64,000 nt of DNA. It comes from Dicyema japonicum. Its lineage: Eukaryota > Animalia > Dicyemida. This document shows, piece after piece, positions 12,475-26,173 of the stretch. The translations under genes were made by a program, and so were the position numbers. Each line of letters begins with the position of its first letter. Position 1 is the first letter of the stretch. The stretch lies in assembly GCA_011109175.1 (NCBI GenBank), contig RDEW01000001.1:685182-749181 (forward strand). The letters are read 5' to 3'. Under the pieces are notes generated by a model. It saw nothing but the letters and a program-made list of their open reading frames with translations. It had not been told where the DNA came from and did not search any database.

Positions 12475-13363
12475 ATACTCTCCTTTGTTGTGCTAGATCG
12501 GATTTCAGGCCTTGTAAATGAGTTCCTGAACCCAAGTCAAAGTGGAGTCAGACTCGGAAGGTCGAAGGTAAGCTGGCTGTGTACAATGTGCCAGAAACAC
12601 AAAGAAGAAATCTCAATCCTTGTAATTGACTTATCTTCTGCTTTCTAGACTATCAACTGCAAGAAGCTAATGCATGTACTGGAGAGTATTCTAGACGAGG
12701 ATGCATTACGTATGATCAGATTTTTATTCTCCAACACATCAGTGCTCGTGAGAAATTACAACTCAACAAGATTTAGAACCGACACCGGCGCACCAAGGGA
12801 GACTCGTTATCCCCGGTCCTATTCATAATATACCTGGAGACAGTTCTAAGGAAAAGAACTGTTTCACTAACGTGATGGAAGTAATTTACGCCGATGATAT
12901 TGATTTCGTCTGCCTGGATAGGGATACGCTGAAAACTATACTAAAAGTGATCCCTCGAGGCTTGGAGGAATGGACCCTGGTAGTAAACCCAGACAAAACG
13001 GAAAGAACTAGCATATCCCGTTGTACGACGAGAAACAAGGAAAAGTGGAAAACATGCAAAAAAGTTGGATCTCTCCTCAATGACTCAAAGGACGTTATTC
13101 ACAGGAAAGTTTTGGCGACTGATTCTTTCAAAAAATTATCGGCGATCTGGATGCGACAAAAGTACATAGGCACTCGCTTTCGAATTCGGTTGTACAAATC
13201 CTTTATAGAACTAATTCTACTTTATAACGCGGGGTCCTGGGGCCAAATAACTGGAAAACCTCAACTCTCGAAAAAAACAACTACGACTTCTGGGAGTCTA
13301 CTGCCCAAAACAGATGACCAACGACGAGCTCTAAAGAATTACTCAAACAACACAGATCGGTAA
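12475..13363 (+). mobile_element. Decayed RTE-clade LINE RT fragment
   Basis: IDLSSAF, GAP.GDSLSPVLF-like segment, IYADDIDF, VNPDKTE, KKVGSLL and LLYNAGSWG. Confidence 0.85.
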
Positions 13364-14060
13364 TTGTTTAATGTTATAATGACCGGTTTCCCGTCTCCGA
13401 GTACACCAAGTACGAGATCTCTGATATACGCAGACGACGTGCTACTGTTTGATGTGTCTAGATTTAACATGATCTCAGAGAGGAGACTCAATGTGTATAT
13501 GGAAGAGATAAAAGACTGGTGCGGTCTTCATGAGTTAAAACTGTCAGAAGAAAAATCTAACGTAATGAGATTCTTCGGTCGAAATGGTCAAGGAAATCAG
13601 AAAGACTCCATATGCGGAATCAACATTGTGAGTTCCCTGAAGTATCTCGGAACAACTTTTGAGAAATCTGGGAGTACATTGTGCGGTTTTAAACTCAATA
13701 GAAAGAAAGCCCACTATGCGATATTGTGTATGAGGAAACTGAGACTCGAAATAGATATTTTCTTATTTATTTTTTCACGTACGATCATTCCAGCACTCTT
13801 TTATGGACTGGAAGGATGGTATTACACTGCATACAAAGAGCGTTCAAGGAGAGCAGGGGATCAAGATTGCCCTGCGCAAAAAGGCTCGACGAGAAGCTTG
13901 ATGAAGATGAAAATTTTCTAGCAATGTCGATCAGAAATGAAGCAAAAAAAATTGGAAAACTTCCTAAAAAGAGATGCCATCATTGACTCTTATGTTGTAG
14001 CACAGACTGAACGATAAGAGGGGTCTGAGAAAGAGAAAAAAGTCCAAGCGATTGCAGGAC
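13364..14060 (+). mobile_element. I/Jockey-group LINE RT C-terminal fragment abutting the RTE
   Basis: LIYADDVLLF, LKYLGTTF and IIPALFYGLEGW. Same family as 8372-8965. Confidence 0.75.
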
Positions 14061-15629
14061 TTTCGGTGAGATGCCAACTAACTTTTATTCCCTTGTTAAT
14101 AAAAGTTGTTATATTTTTGAAAAAGCAACAAGTTTTTTTTCTCCAGTTAATCTCTATGAAAGGCAAAGTCGATGATAAATAATTATAATTTAATAAATCT
14201 TATTTTTTAAATAAATTTAAACTTCGTCACACATGAATTTGTTGTTGTACTATTTTACAAACATCTCACTATCAATAATTTTGATCTTCTTTGTTGTCAG
14301 CAGTATTGTAGAATAATATAAATCACGGTTAGGTGTGTTCTGCAAATTCAAACCGGATTAGTCAGTATAGTGGTTGTGGACTCATCACTGTTGTAGTCTC
14401 TTTTTATTCATATATTTTCTATAAAATATATTTATCTCCATTCTTTGATAACCCCAAACTTCTAAAGGATTAGTTATAATGTACCAGCTGACTTGAATAT
14501 TGATTACTTTGTTAATCTTATTTTTTATTATGAGGGTATTATTGCTAAGCCACATGGGGGAGTAATAGGTTATAAAATATATTTATCTCCATTCTTTGAT
14601 AACCCCAAACTTCTAAAGGATTAGTTATAATGTACCAGCTGACTTGAATATTGATTACTTTGTTAATCTTATTTTTTATTATGAGGGTATTATTGCTAAG
14701 CCACATGGGGGAGTAATAGGTCATTTCAATATTGATTGCTTATCGTGCACAAATCAAAAGAATCCCCCTTCATGCATAAACTCATAGAGCAACACAATAA
14801 ACAAATCAATTACACACCCGCAAACAAGAAGACTGATTGATCCACATTATTATGGAGTCAGCATGACCAGGAACAAAAAATTATTTGGAAAACCTATTTC
14901 TATAAAGAATGAAACAAGAAGACTGATTGATCCACATTATTATGGAGTCAGCATGACCAGGAACAAAAAATTATTTGGAAAACCTATTTCTATAAAGAAT
15001 GAATTCAACCATGAATGAGGTAATCAGCCGTAAACCTTAACACTTATAACCTTGTAATTACAAAAACATAGAAATCGACAAATATTTAACAACAAATATC
15101 AAGGGAATCGAGAAACACAATTTCCAATACATTAAAACTCTTCTCTGGAATATCAGAGGCTTTTGGGATCAGGTAAGTCAATATTTGAAAATAAGAACTA
15201 ATTATTCACGAGAAAGGTCATCTGAGATATTAACTAACAAAACTAATTTAATAACTGAAGTGGTATATGATGACGACGTAAACTTGACAAGTCGACTCTC
15301 GAATAGCATGCGCCATCAAAAAAAGATAATCAAAAACAATGTTATGCAACCACAAATCATAACCTTTTTTTATCCCCAACTATAACATGCTTTAAGGGAC
15401 ACTTCTGAATAAAGACATATTATTTTGTCAGTTGTTCTCGGATTTGATTTATAATAATAAAGCCTTTTCACAAGAGCCATAGTATTTATAGCTCCGCATA
15501 GGCAGAACACACACTTTATTTAAGTAAAGAACAGTTAATTTTAACTAATCGTAGAACCAAGGAATGATCTCCACTTCTATTTTCTTTTTCTTGTGTGTGG
15601 GTCCTTTCTAGACAATCCAGTTCTGCAGT

Positions 15630-15765
15630 GAGAGTCCACTGATGACGGCGTCACTCGTCAAGCCTTTTTAACAGATGCGTGGAACCTTTCACCAGGTGAA
15701 CAGCAGCGAGATTCGAACCCGTAGCCTAAGCTACTTAAGCCCGACACCTAACCACTATGCCACCC
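15630..15765 (-). mobile_element. tRNA-derived SINE (Pol III A and B boxes)
   Basis: The minus strand reads GGTGGCATAGTGGTTAGG...GGTTCGAATCTCG with no tRNA 3' acceptor stem. The downstream body matches a second copy at about 55170-55210. Confidence 0.65.
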
Positions 15766-16632
15766 GATTTGATTTATATCCTCGACATACTAAAATAGTC
15801 CATGTTATTGATTTATAATTTGTCATTTAAATTTTAGACACAATACAATCCCTCACCAAATCCACTTGTGAAGATTACCATTCTGAAAACTCTTTTGTCG
15901 GAGAATAAAGTGATGTCCGCGACTTTAGGATGTGTGATGAAAACAAAGTTACGCAACGTTGAAAAAAGTGTCTATAGATTCTGTAAAAGCACGATTCTGA
16001 ATTTCGGTCTGGCATTGTGTGTTTTCTGAGTAAAGTAAATCCAATGACTTCACCAGAGGAAGGGAAGAGATCCTACAAGGGCAATTATTATTATAAGCAA
16101 AAAATATAATCATATTAGCTATAATTCCATTCGTACCGCGTTTGTACGATCCTCGATATTAATTTCTTCCATCTTCTATTCGATGCCAAAGACGATTTTA
16201 TGACAATAAATTCGAAAATTTGACCTTTTTAGCTTTTTAATTTTAAAATAATTTTCAAAATAATAAAAAAGCTTTCAACAACTGCAATTAACTCCCCACA
16301 TGACTGAATTATTTTGACTATGTAACAATTTTGTTAAATAAAACTTTTTAGTGGATAGTCAATTTCAATGAATCTTTGTCTTGCATGAGATTGTAGCACT
16401 CTTATCCAAAAAATAAAAAGATCAAACAGTTGTAAAAATGTATACTCAAGTAAATTTGCATATAAAACTTTCGATACTTGAGCAGTACTATGCGCACATG
16501 TCGCAAAATATCGGTTCTGTCAATCAAAACAATCCCAAAAATCTTCAGAGGAATCTAAAACGAAAGGATTAAAATTATACTTTAAAAGATATTCAACATG
16601 GTTTCAAATGTGAGCGTTCAACTACGACACAT

Positions 16633-17785
16633 TTGACTTCACTGTCTCAATTTATATCAGAAGGGTTCAACGTACCGAAACGCCATCTACGGACAATAAT
16701 GGTTTCCCTGGATATCCAGAAGGCGTTCGATTCTGTCTCGAGAATATCACTCACGAAGAAGGTTTTTGACACCACCATTCAGACGGATTTGAAAAGATGG
16801 ATAGCCAATTTTCTCTCCGGAAGAAGAGGACGTGTCTGTATAGGCCACGCAAGATCGAGGTCCCGTCTCCTACCAAATGGCGTCCCTCAAGGATCGCCCC
16901 TCTCTCCGGCATTATTCAACTTGTTCCTCAACGATTTACCCTGCCCTGGAGGACCAGATTCAATGCTTCTCACTTATGCTGACGACCTAATCATCGCTAG
17001 CAGGAACAAATACGTGGGTACAGCAAAATCAGAGCTTCAGTCACATATTGACGACCTGGGAGCCTGGTTGAAGTTGAATCGTCTCTCCGTATCCAGGGAC
17101 AAATCAACATATACAATTTTCACCACGGACAGAAAAGAAAAACATACACTTGATTTGAACATTTTTGGAGACTCCTTACCACTACAGACTCGTCCAACTA
17201 TCCTGGGAGTGACATTTGACCCTTTGATGTCATTTTCTCAACATGTGAAGAACGTTATGACAAAGGGTCTCAGGAAACTTAATATTATCAAACCGCTCTT
17301 GAAGTCCAAACCTTCACAGGAATGCGCCCTCGTCGTGTTCAATCAACTCCTAAAACCGACGATTGAGTACGCCTGTGCCTCATGGGCCTATGGAGCTTCG
17401 ATATCAAATTCACTCAAGATCAATACCCTAATTGGAAAACTAGCACGTCAAACGAATCTACCCCCCGATCTTTTCCCTCCAATGCTTGACCACGCCGCAA
17501 TCAAAAATAATGGCTCCGGCTTCATCTGTCTGTGTGGCCAAGAAACAAGTCGTTTCTTCCATTCAAGGCTAAAGGCTTCAAATACACGAAATTTGGGGAA
17601 AAACCCCACTCCTCTTCAAACCCTAATGAAAGATGATCGTCGTTTATTCAGGAAAGCCGTGGGTACTCTGGAGGAACACAGGAAAAACCTCTCGATCCTG
17701 TTGAGGCGTACCGGGATCACTTAATTAGTTGGATTACTCCTTCTTTCTTGGTGTTCCCTTTTCGGGGTTATTAAATAAATAATAT
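16633..17785 (+). mobile_element. 5'-truncated I/Ingi/Vingi-like LINE (family A), RT and 3' end; ORF 16633-17724
   Basis: SLDIQKAFDSVS, NGVPQGSPLSPALFNLFLNDL, TYADDL and ILGVTFDP. Ends RTGIT* followed by a 60-bp 3' UTR and an AT tail. Confidence 0.92.
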
Positions 17786-19439
17786 GAAGAAACAAAGAAG
17801 GCAAACTAATGAAATTATTTGATCAACACTGTATACCTTCACACTAATGCTTTTATTTCCTTCTTTTATAGAGAATTTTAATTATGAGAAAAGATTAATG
17901 ATACACATTCGAAATGGTTATACATTACTCACAGATAAATTATATATTGGGAATGCCAGGAGCAAGTGAAAGATGGTGATTTTGTTACTAGTTTCTCGAG
18001 TTGCACATACTCCATATTCCTTGCAGGAGTTAAAAAGAATTTACAGTATTCGTCCAAAGGCTTACTTTGCCCTCATTATTCCTATTTTAAGACAAGTCAT
18101 GAATGTGATAACCTTGTGTTTTACTTCTGAGGTTGTTGTTTCTACCTCTATCAGATAAAAAAGTATCAGGTTTTTTTACGTTTCCCGCCACTAAGTTTAT
18201 GCAGCATAGCTAGTGCGTAAGGTAACTAGTTGTCCTTTTTTATTAATAAATTAATATCAATTTTCGTTGAGGCATAGTAATGTTTCGATACTGAACCTCC
18301 ACTAAGGCAGGACACACTGTTTATTTAAAAAGGAAAAGATAATTTGGAAAGAAACTCAAGAATGATCATAACCTTTCATTTTTGTTGCGTGCTACTTTCA
18401 GTAGATAATTTAGTTCCGCAGTTACTAATCAATGATTTCGGGGTCACTGGTCAACCCATGAGGCATCATTGATGCATTGAACTTTCAATGGACAGCAGTG
18501 ATATTCAGACCGATACTTTTTAATATTTTCCCGTTTATTTTCATAATATTTGAGAATATTATTGGTACTTTATATTATATAATTGGATTACGTTTAAATA
18601 CGATGACCTTTCCCAGCTGCATCATCATTCTTGAAAGTCAACAATGCGAATTATAAGAGCTCTTGATATTCTAATAGCTTATTTGAGATGTTTCGAAGAC
18701 TTTGAAATAAAACGGAAACATTCTCTCAAGCTCGAGTATTTGTGCTAAACTTTTAGTTGAGTTCAAATATTAAAGATTACATATTTCAATACTTAATATA
18801 ATAACTAAAAAGTTCAAAATAATGACAAATGGCGTAACCAAATAACAGAGTGGACTCTGTTCCTTATTGAAAACTCAGACCGAGTAATCCTCTGACTATC
18901 ATAGCTGACCAAAATAACAGCTGATTACCACAGTCAATTAACAAATTTTCCCCTCATAAATTGATTTCACACTGAGATTGCTTTAATCTGTTCGTTTTAC
19001 TCATTACCAGAACCATACAAATTATTTATGAATTCATTTTTTTCCTTTATCATTTTAAAATAATTGTCGATGTGAAAACTATTCTGTTTCTATATTAATA
19101 TTTACAACTTTCGATGACTGTTAAGATTTATTGAGGAGATTCACATTTTTGTATTGCCAGACTTGTTATTCCACCTTCAATTGTCATTTCCACATTGAGA
19201 TTTTTAAAATAGTCGATTTAAATTAGTTTTTGCTTGGTCCATCCAGTACGTCAAAATTTATAGGACTTCTCGACCGGATGCAGGCTGTGGAAGGGAGAGC
19301 CTAGAAAGATTCCCATGACATTGGGCTCACAATCAAGAGGGGGTAATTCATATTTTGTGCTCAATGGGCGCAGACCATAATGACCTCTTTTTTCCATCCT
19401 TCTGATTTCCATTACTTCCGTTTAGGAAGCATTCATTGC

Positions 19440-20050
19440 TAGGTACTATTTCTTAAGTTTATTAGGAACTACTTCCGATAAGCGAAGAAGAGGTCTATCA
19501 TTTATATGAAGTCGATGTCATCAGCATAGATGAATTCTCCATGTTACCTTCATAGTACTTTTTAATGTCGCGTAGCACAGTTTCCAAGTATGACAAACAA
19601 TAAGGGAGAGACTAAGTCCTATTGAGGAGTACCACTCTTGATATTGTTTACCAACTCGAACTCTTGGCTTCGTGTTGGACAAAATGAATCATATTTTCAG
19701 AGATTCAGAAATCCTTCCACTGCTTCACTATTAGATCTCAACAGAATACGTCGATAATAATTCTATGTCAAGGATTGTAGTTTTGTTCTAGTTTTCACCA
19801 TTTGAGGGTTCACACTATATAAATCGTTGATCTCCAAGTCTTGAATCCACTATTATTTGGTGCAAGACAGTCGTCCCTGATGTGATTATAACCAAAGCCA
19901 AGACTTTCAGCAGAATATTAACCAACTGGGCTTTTTAGGTTTCTGGATAGTTATTAGTATTCCAGGTCCAAGGGATAGGTATTCCTTATCCAGCAAACCT
20001 AGTATTTAGAAAACTGCATATCATTTTTGGACTCACACCTTCAGATTCCT
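19440..20050 (-). mobile_element. Heavily decayed RTE RT fragment
   Basis: The minus strand gives LGPGILITIQKPKKP (about 19930-19975) and EFIYADDIDF (about 19520-19550). Confidence 0.6.
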
Positions 20051-20779
20051 CTATTAACATCGGTTTCCTATAAAAGTGAAATGACGTTTCTCCAATTATA
20101 TATAAGGCTATCTGTTTGAAGAGGTCGATAATCCTACAAATACCTAAAACAGACAAAATGAACATGGGAACGATTGAATGATTTATTTCATCTTTAATTT
20201 CTAAAAAAATTCACGACTGAATACGATTAATGCATGTATAAATGTGGAGAATATTCAAGGGGTAATAAACAAAACATTGTACTGTCTTTTGCCAGTCATG
20301 AATTAGTTTTTTTATAAAGTAGGGAATCTATTTGCGATCACTGAAGTAGTAAAATATCAAGCAGTTACTTAGGAAGACATAATGGGGTCGTTTCTCTATA
20401 GGAAATATGATAAAGTGGAGTAGACTAAAGTCATAATATCTACCTGAAAATTGAAATTCGCGTTGATACATCATTCTTAACAAATAACCAGATAATTCCA
20501 AACACAATAATTGAAGATTGAAATTACAGTAATTGAAGTTGGAATAACCTCCCAGGGTCTCCTCAAACAAGTTAAGGTGGAAAACTTACAAATTCGACCT
20601 CCGTACTCTCGATCCTGTATGATGTTTAAGTAAAAATGCGGATGAGAAGGAATTGTCTCAAAATGTTATAGAAATTGATTCCAATTTTGACAATAATAAA
20701 GTAATATAAAAGTCAATAATTTAAAAGATGAGCAGTAAATTCATCAAAATATTGAATTCCGTCCTCAAACTACAATAAA

Positions 20780-21886
20780 TCACAAATCTACCGTTGATTC
20801 CATCACATTCTGACAACGATGACAATAATATTTTAAATTATCCTTACTACTCGCCGTTCCCCCAATAAGATCATTCGAAAACTTCATAAATTCAACAACA
20901 GAGGACTCCCCCATAAAGGATCTCTTACACAACACACAACAGTCATTACTCATTTCAGGTAATTTCAGTTTTTTACAAGTTCTGAAGGCAGTATTCGTTG
21001 TACTCACATGACCCTTCTGTATCCTGCTAATAAAGTTTGAAATGTCATTCCTAAGTCGACAATCCACGTGGGATGGTTTCTAAAATCAACCATAAGCCTA
21101 CTGGCTCATCAATATTAAACATTATTCCATGAATATTTGAGTAGTCGTCAATTTCACTGACAGTAAGTCCAGCCAAAGCGTTTATCACTGTGATTTCACC
21201 AAAAGAATCAGTCTCCAACTAAACAAGGATCACTACAACTAGAAACTGCTGCAAAGAGACTGTTTCTCCCATTACCGATACTCATATCATACAAAAACGA
21301 CTCTAAAGTGTTTGTTCTGCTCTTTGCAACCAAAATCTTTGATATGTTAAGTTTAGCTGCCACAAAGAGTAGAATTTGTCGACTTAATAAAATAAAATAT
21401 TACATAATTATTTCCATCAAGGTCTCTCGCATTCTCGCTGTGTCTAATAAACCCTTGACAATTTGAGCCCTCTCTGTCATGGTTTTCTCATCAGCCAATA
21501 GATCAAGAAACTTTAGTTAGATTACAATATACAGAGTAAATGCTCAGACTTATTTTATCCCCAGTAACAATAAAATCATCAATATCTTCTGTGATTTTGA
21601 TGTATGTTGGTGTGAATCTTCTTTCTGTCTATTAAATTAAACATTGTAATACAAATTCAATCAAATGTGTTAAAACAGCGAACAATTTAGTATCTTCTCG
21701 GTGGATCAAAACACGTGTTGAAGTGAAAATTTCATTTTTCTTGCCGACCACGGCTCTGAATTTCTTATCACAGTAATTTAAGAAGCATTTTCTGTTATAT
21801 TAATTAAATTATAACTTGCAGAAGCCCACGTCCTGGCACGTGTAGACATATGAAAATTCTGTACAACGACGGCATGAAGACTTCAT
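20780..21886 (-). CDS. CTU2: Cytoplasmic tRNA 2-thiolation protein 2, multi-exon
   Basis: Spliced reading: FCKKCFLNYCDKKFRAVVGKKNEIF, RETLMEIIRQILLFVAAKLNISKILV, MSIGNG, FISRIQKGHVSTTNTAFRTCKKL, CVLC and YCHRC. These follow the CTU2 motif order. GT-AG introns of 21-28 nt. Confidence 0.85.
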
Positions 21887-22029
21887 CGTGATTAGTCTAT
21901 TTCATTTTTCAAAAATTAATATAAAAATTAATGATATATAAAATTATTTTTTATTAATTTGGTTATTTTTAGTTATCTTATGTGGTTCTGTATTCTCTAT
22001 TGGAAGAACATGACTTTCTAACTGAACGT

Positions 22030-22090
22030 AACGTTGATGATATCGGATCTGAAGGTCGTGGTTTCGAATCCGAAAGCTGGAGTTTTTCAG
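22030..22090 (+). mobile_element. Possible decayed tRNA-SINE head
   Basis: ggatctgaaggtcgtggtttcgaatcc resembles a B-box context. No clear A box. Confidence 0.35.
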
Positions 22091-22699
22091 CGAAAGTCAA
22101 TTTTTGTCAAACAGATCCCACCTGTGACGCTACGAGTTTTTCTGGCACGACACAGTAGTTAAAAATAATCATCCTACGTTTCTTCCTCACCAAAATCCTC
22201 TAATGAAGATAGCATTATGAAAACTACTCTGCTAAAGAATGAAGTAATGTCAGCGACGGTAGGACGTGGGACAAAAATGGAAGAGGGCGGACCTACTTCT
22301 CTAACTCTCTTTGAAAACGGAAGCCTGTGTTGAAGTATTGGAAGATTGATTTGGTCGGCACAAGCAAATGTTCTCCCTTTAGTTACTACCTTGGATTAGT
22401 TAGTTATGACTTTGTGCTGGGCTTACAATGGTAAGCCTGGGGTTAATAATAATAATTATTGGAGGAACATCTGCATTTTCTACTGTCCTCCTACAAGTTA
22501 GTGAGGCTGGGGTCACTTAACTAACTGACTATTGGAGGGACATCAATCTTTTCAAACTTTATCTTGCAAAGTTGCCTTTAAGGGTTTTCACAACCGTCTG
22601 ATCTCAATGACGTGCAGTCTCAATAATGTACACACTGCTAGATGTTAGTTCTTATGACGATTATTCCGAATTGATAGATAACGACAACGCATTTGTCAA

Positions 22700-23100
22700 C
22701 TCTATCCTAATTAATTATTGACGACAAAAAGATGACCACCACATACAAAAAATGACTTGGATCGATGTTCAAAAAGCGACTCTTTCGAAAACACAGATAG
22801 AACTGATACCAATATTCACCCTATCTCATTATCTTTTTGAAAACGACTTGTCCGGAAAGTGTTAAGGTTACATAATACTTCAACACTTTCAATAATATTT
22901 TGGTGACAGCAGGTCGAGATCTTGATTATTACCAAATGGAGAACCACAGGCATACCCAATTCCTCCAATTTTGTTTAATTTAGTTCTGACATCTTTCAAT
23001 TTTACAATCTTGACACACTACTCCTTGCTCTATGCATACAATGTCGACCAAAAGCACATTAATGTTTTTTTAGGAATCGTAACAGAAACTTAATAATGCT
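22700..23100 (+). mobile_element. Decayed LINE RT remnants
   Basis: WIDVQKA (about 22755) and LLPNGEPQAYPIPPILFNL (22925-22990). Confidence 0.45.
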
Positions 23101-24119
23101 GTATGCAAGACGGCTTTAGATAAGCTCTAAAATCCTCGAACTACACCATCGTGCATATATGTTTTCTCCCAAAAGTTTGACATGGCTAGATACTATTCAA
23201 AATTGAGTTTTGAGAACTTTTTTCGACAATGATTAGTGTCTCCTTTCAATTTGAACTGAACGTCTGTGTGCAATAATAGCGAATGCGCAGTAAGCATGTT
23301 GATGATTGTGGAATACATCCACTCGATTGCAGGACAAGGTCAGCAGAACCTCCATAAAAAGTTGCAGTTTAAAAATAAAGATTTGTGTGAAGTTGAGATT
23401 ATATGCTGACTCGGGTGTCCAAATGGATTAGAGAAATTTTGTCAGAACCTCAGGCACGTGAACTTACAATAATTTTAAAATTGTTTGCGTGGGAAGGACT
23501 GTTCCTCGGTTTATGGGAATGCATTTCGATACTTAAAACTGATTTCCAAGTAGTGTTTCATAAATAGGTTAGGATGTATACTCTGAGAAGAACCGTCATG
23601 TTCCATCTCTGATAATTTTATGTTTTAACAATATTAGAAATGGTGACAAGAACTTTTAGTGACTGACCACATGTCGTCATCTCCGGGCGGCTGCTGTGAC
23701 TGCGTGGCTATTTCCTCTCAGGAGTGTGAACGAGATTCACTCAAATATTCAGCAGCGTTTCTGTACTTAATTAATTTACATTCAACTTGATGTGTCTCTC
23801 CGTCACTAGAAAACAATAATTCATTTTCCATGTAATAAGTTAACGAGGGGGAGCATATAAATTTGGAAATTTGTTGATGTCGTTGCTTCTTAATAAAGTT
23901 ATTGTGTAATCTTTGGGGTCATTTAATAAAACAGGATCATATTTGCTATGAGTTTGGTGATCAGAGACTTATGTCAGTGATAGATCATTAACACTATATA
24001 GGGAAGGAAATGTAAGCTTGATTAAGGCAGAGAGAACTCTGTTTTGTAATGAAAAACACTAGCGGACATAATAAATCATAAAAATTAATAAAAACAAGGC
24101 AGGTGACGATAAATCATTA

Positions 24120-26173
24120 ATGACATGTGTTACAACGGGTCAACAACTATAAAGATCATTAGGCAATAATCCATTTACGATGTGTGACAGAGAAGTGGTA
24201 AATTATAAAAAATCTGATAAAATTTGTGAAAATATTAGAAAAATATCACACTCTTTGGCTAATCTATCAAATACTGAACAGATTTATCCAAATAATAAGC
24301 ATCCATCGAGTAAAATCAGTGCAAATGTATTTGAAAACACATTTTGGCAACTCAAATGGTAATTTTAAAAGATCATCTAGCACCAACAAAATCATTGAGT
24401 TCTACCAGAATCTCTACGACTCACTAAACCCCGAAATAATCCGCCAGTTCGAAGGGCTTTTAATCTCCTTTCTGACAGAATATGATAGTCTTGCCTGTGA
24501 AATAAGAACCACAATCACACAGCATAAACTGTATGATTACCCACTTAATTCAGGGAGATGGAATATCAGGACAAGTATATCGAAACACTGGAAAATCAAT
24601 ACCAAATGGATTTCGAACTCAAAGAGACAGAAATCCGATCCAAGGTCACTCTAATAAGTACTCCAAGGAGCAGGTCCTAGCAAAAAGGCATATTGACGAA
24701 ATCAATGAAGGATATTCATCAAAAATCGAGGAATTAAAGTTATTTATAGAGCAGGTAATATTATGGGCTTATTAAGCATATTGAACTCGCAAAACAAAAG
24801 AATGGAACCAGCGAAAACACGGATTTTGAAACATGTCGACTTAAATCCAGAATTAATGAATTAAAGACTGAAAATTTGTTATTAAGCAGTGAGTTGGTTT
24901 ACTTTCAAAGTATAATACAAACAAATAAAGTTGAAAAGGAAAAGTATATTTTATGTTATTTTATTAAAATTATTTTTAATAAAAATTAAATTTAGAGAAC
25001 GAAAAAAAATTATCGAAGTTGAGTACGTAAACGACGATTTAACAAAACAGTTAAACATTGCCTAGTAAAATTGATAATACAACAAAAGTTTAGTGATGCA
25101 AATAAAAGATTACAACAAGTTAACGAAGATTTAAGAAATTTTATACAACAATCATTCAACAAAACAGTCGAATTGAACCATTTTGTACTTATTGGTAATC
25201 ATCATAGGAAGTTGACCTTAATAGACGAATAAATGAGAGTCTCGACAATTTGGAGACTCGGTATATTGATAAACTTATTTTGAAGGAATGAAGAACATAT
25301 CGAGGACTGCTACAGTTCCCTCATGTCTTCGCATAGGCTCATAAATGCCGGTTATTTGATTTCATGTGAATTTTAGAGGAAAATTTGTCCATGACATCAC
25401 ACGTGGTCAAATGTACTGTAAGTGTTATTTGTTAATATAGAATCCCCCGGTGACTTTTACAGCCAAGAGGAGAATGTATAGAATTGTCATGGCGGGGGAT
25501 TCTTCTGTGGGGAAAACTAGTTTTGTGATGAAACTCTGTCATAGAAAGTTCGAACCAACAATATCGTCTACTTTAGGTTGAATTTGGTTTAACATTTAAA
25601 AGGGATTGATTTTCACTCAGTGACCTTAAATATCGACAAGGAACCTATTCAACTTCAAATATGGGATACAGCTGGGCAAGAAAGGTAGCTTCCTTATGGT
25701 TTATGGTAGATTCAAAGGACTAACAAAGTCATATTTTAGACGAGGAGACTGCATACTGTTAATGTATGACATTAGCTGTGAACAATCTTTTCTCAGCATT
25801 CAGTCATGGATGGAATCAATTCGGGTATTTAAGAATGTCCCTAAGGCAGGAGAATATTAAGGAGTCGACCGTGGTGATGATTTGTGGGAATAAAACAGAC
25901 TTGAGGGTAGTTAACTCTGATTTTATAAGCAAGCAGGACGGTTATAGACTGGCTGTGGTATTGATTGTGATTATTGTAGGAGAATAATGCTTTATTTATG
26001 GAGATTAGTGCCAAGAATGGAGTCAATGTGGAGGAAACAGCTATTCAGATTACAAAGTAAGGATTGAAGTTATTAGTATATTACGATTGAATGAGGAGAT
26101 TGAGGTTTATGAGGGAGGAGTTATGCTCTCTAATGCACAACTAGGGAATTTTAGAAATAGAAAATGTTGTTGA
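24120..26173 (+). CDS. RASEF: Large Rab GTPase of the RASEF/CRACR2A/Rab44 group (coiled coil + C-terminal Rab domain); 5' end uncertain
   Basis: Rab domain: [46 protein letters not shown] and terminal CC*. N-terminal [18 protein letters not shown] and [14 protein letters not shown] resemble the RASEF coiled coil. Introns mostly 20-29 nt (e.g. 26057-26076). The frame at about 25150-25440 was not traced, and paralogue assignment is uncertain. Confidence 0.8.

Noticed and set aside
15703-15765. Functional tRNA gene
   Set aside because: The acceptor stem does not close, and the downstream body is shared with another dispersed copy, which is SINE-like.
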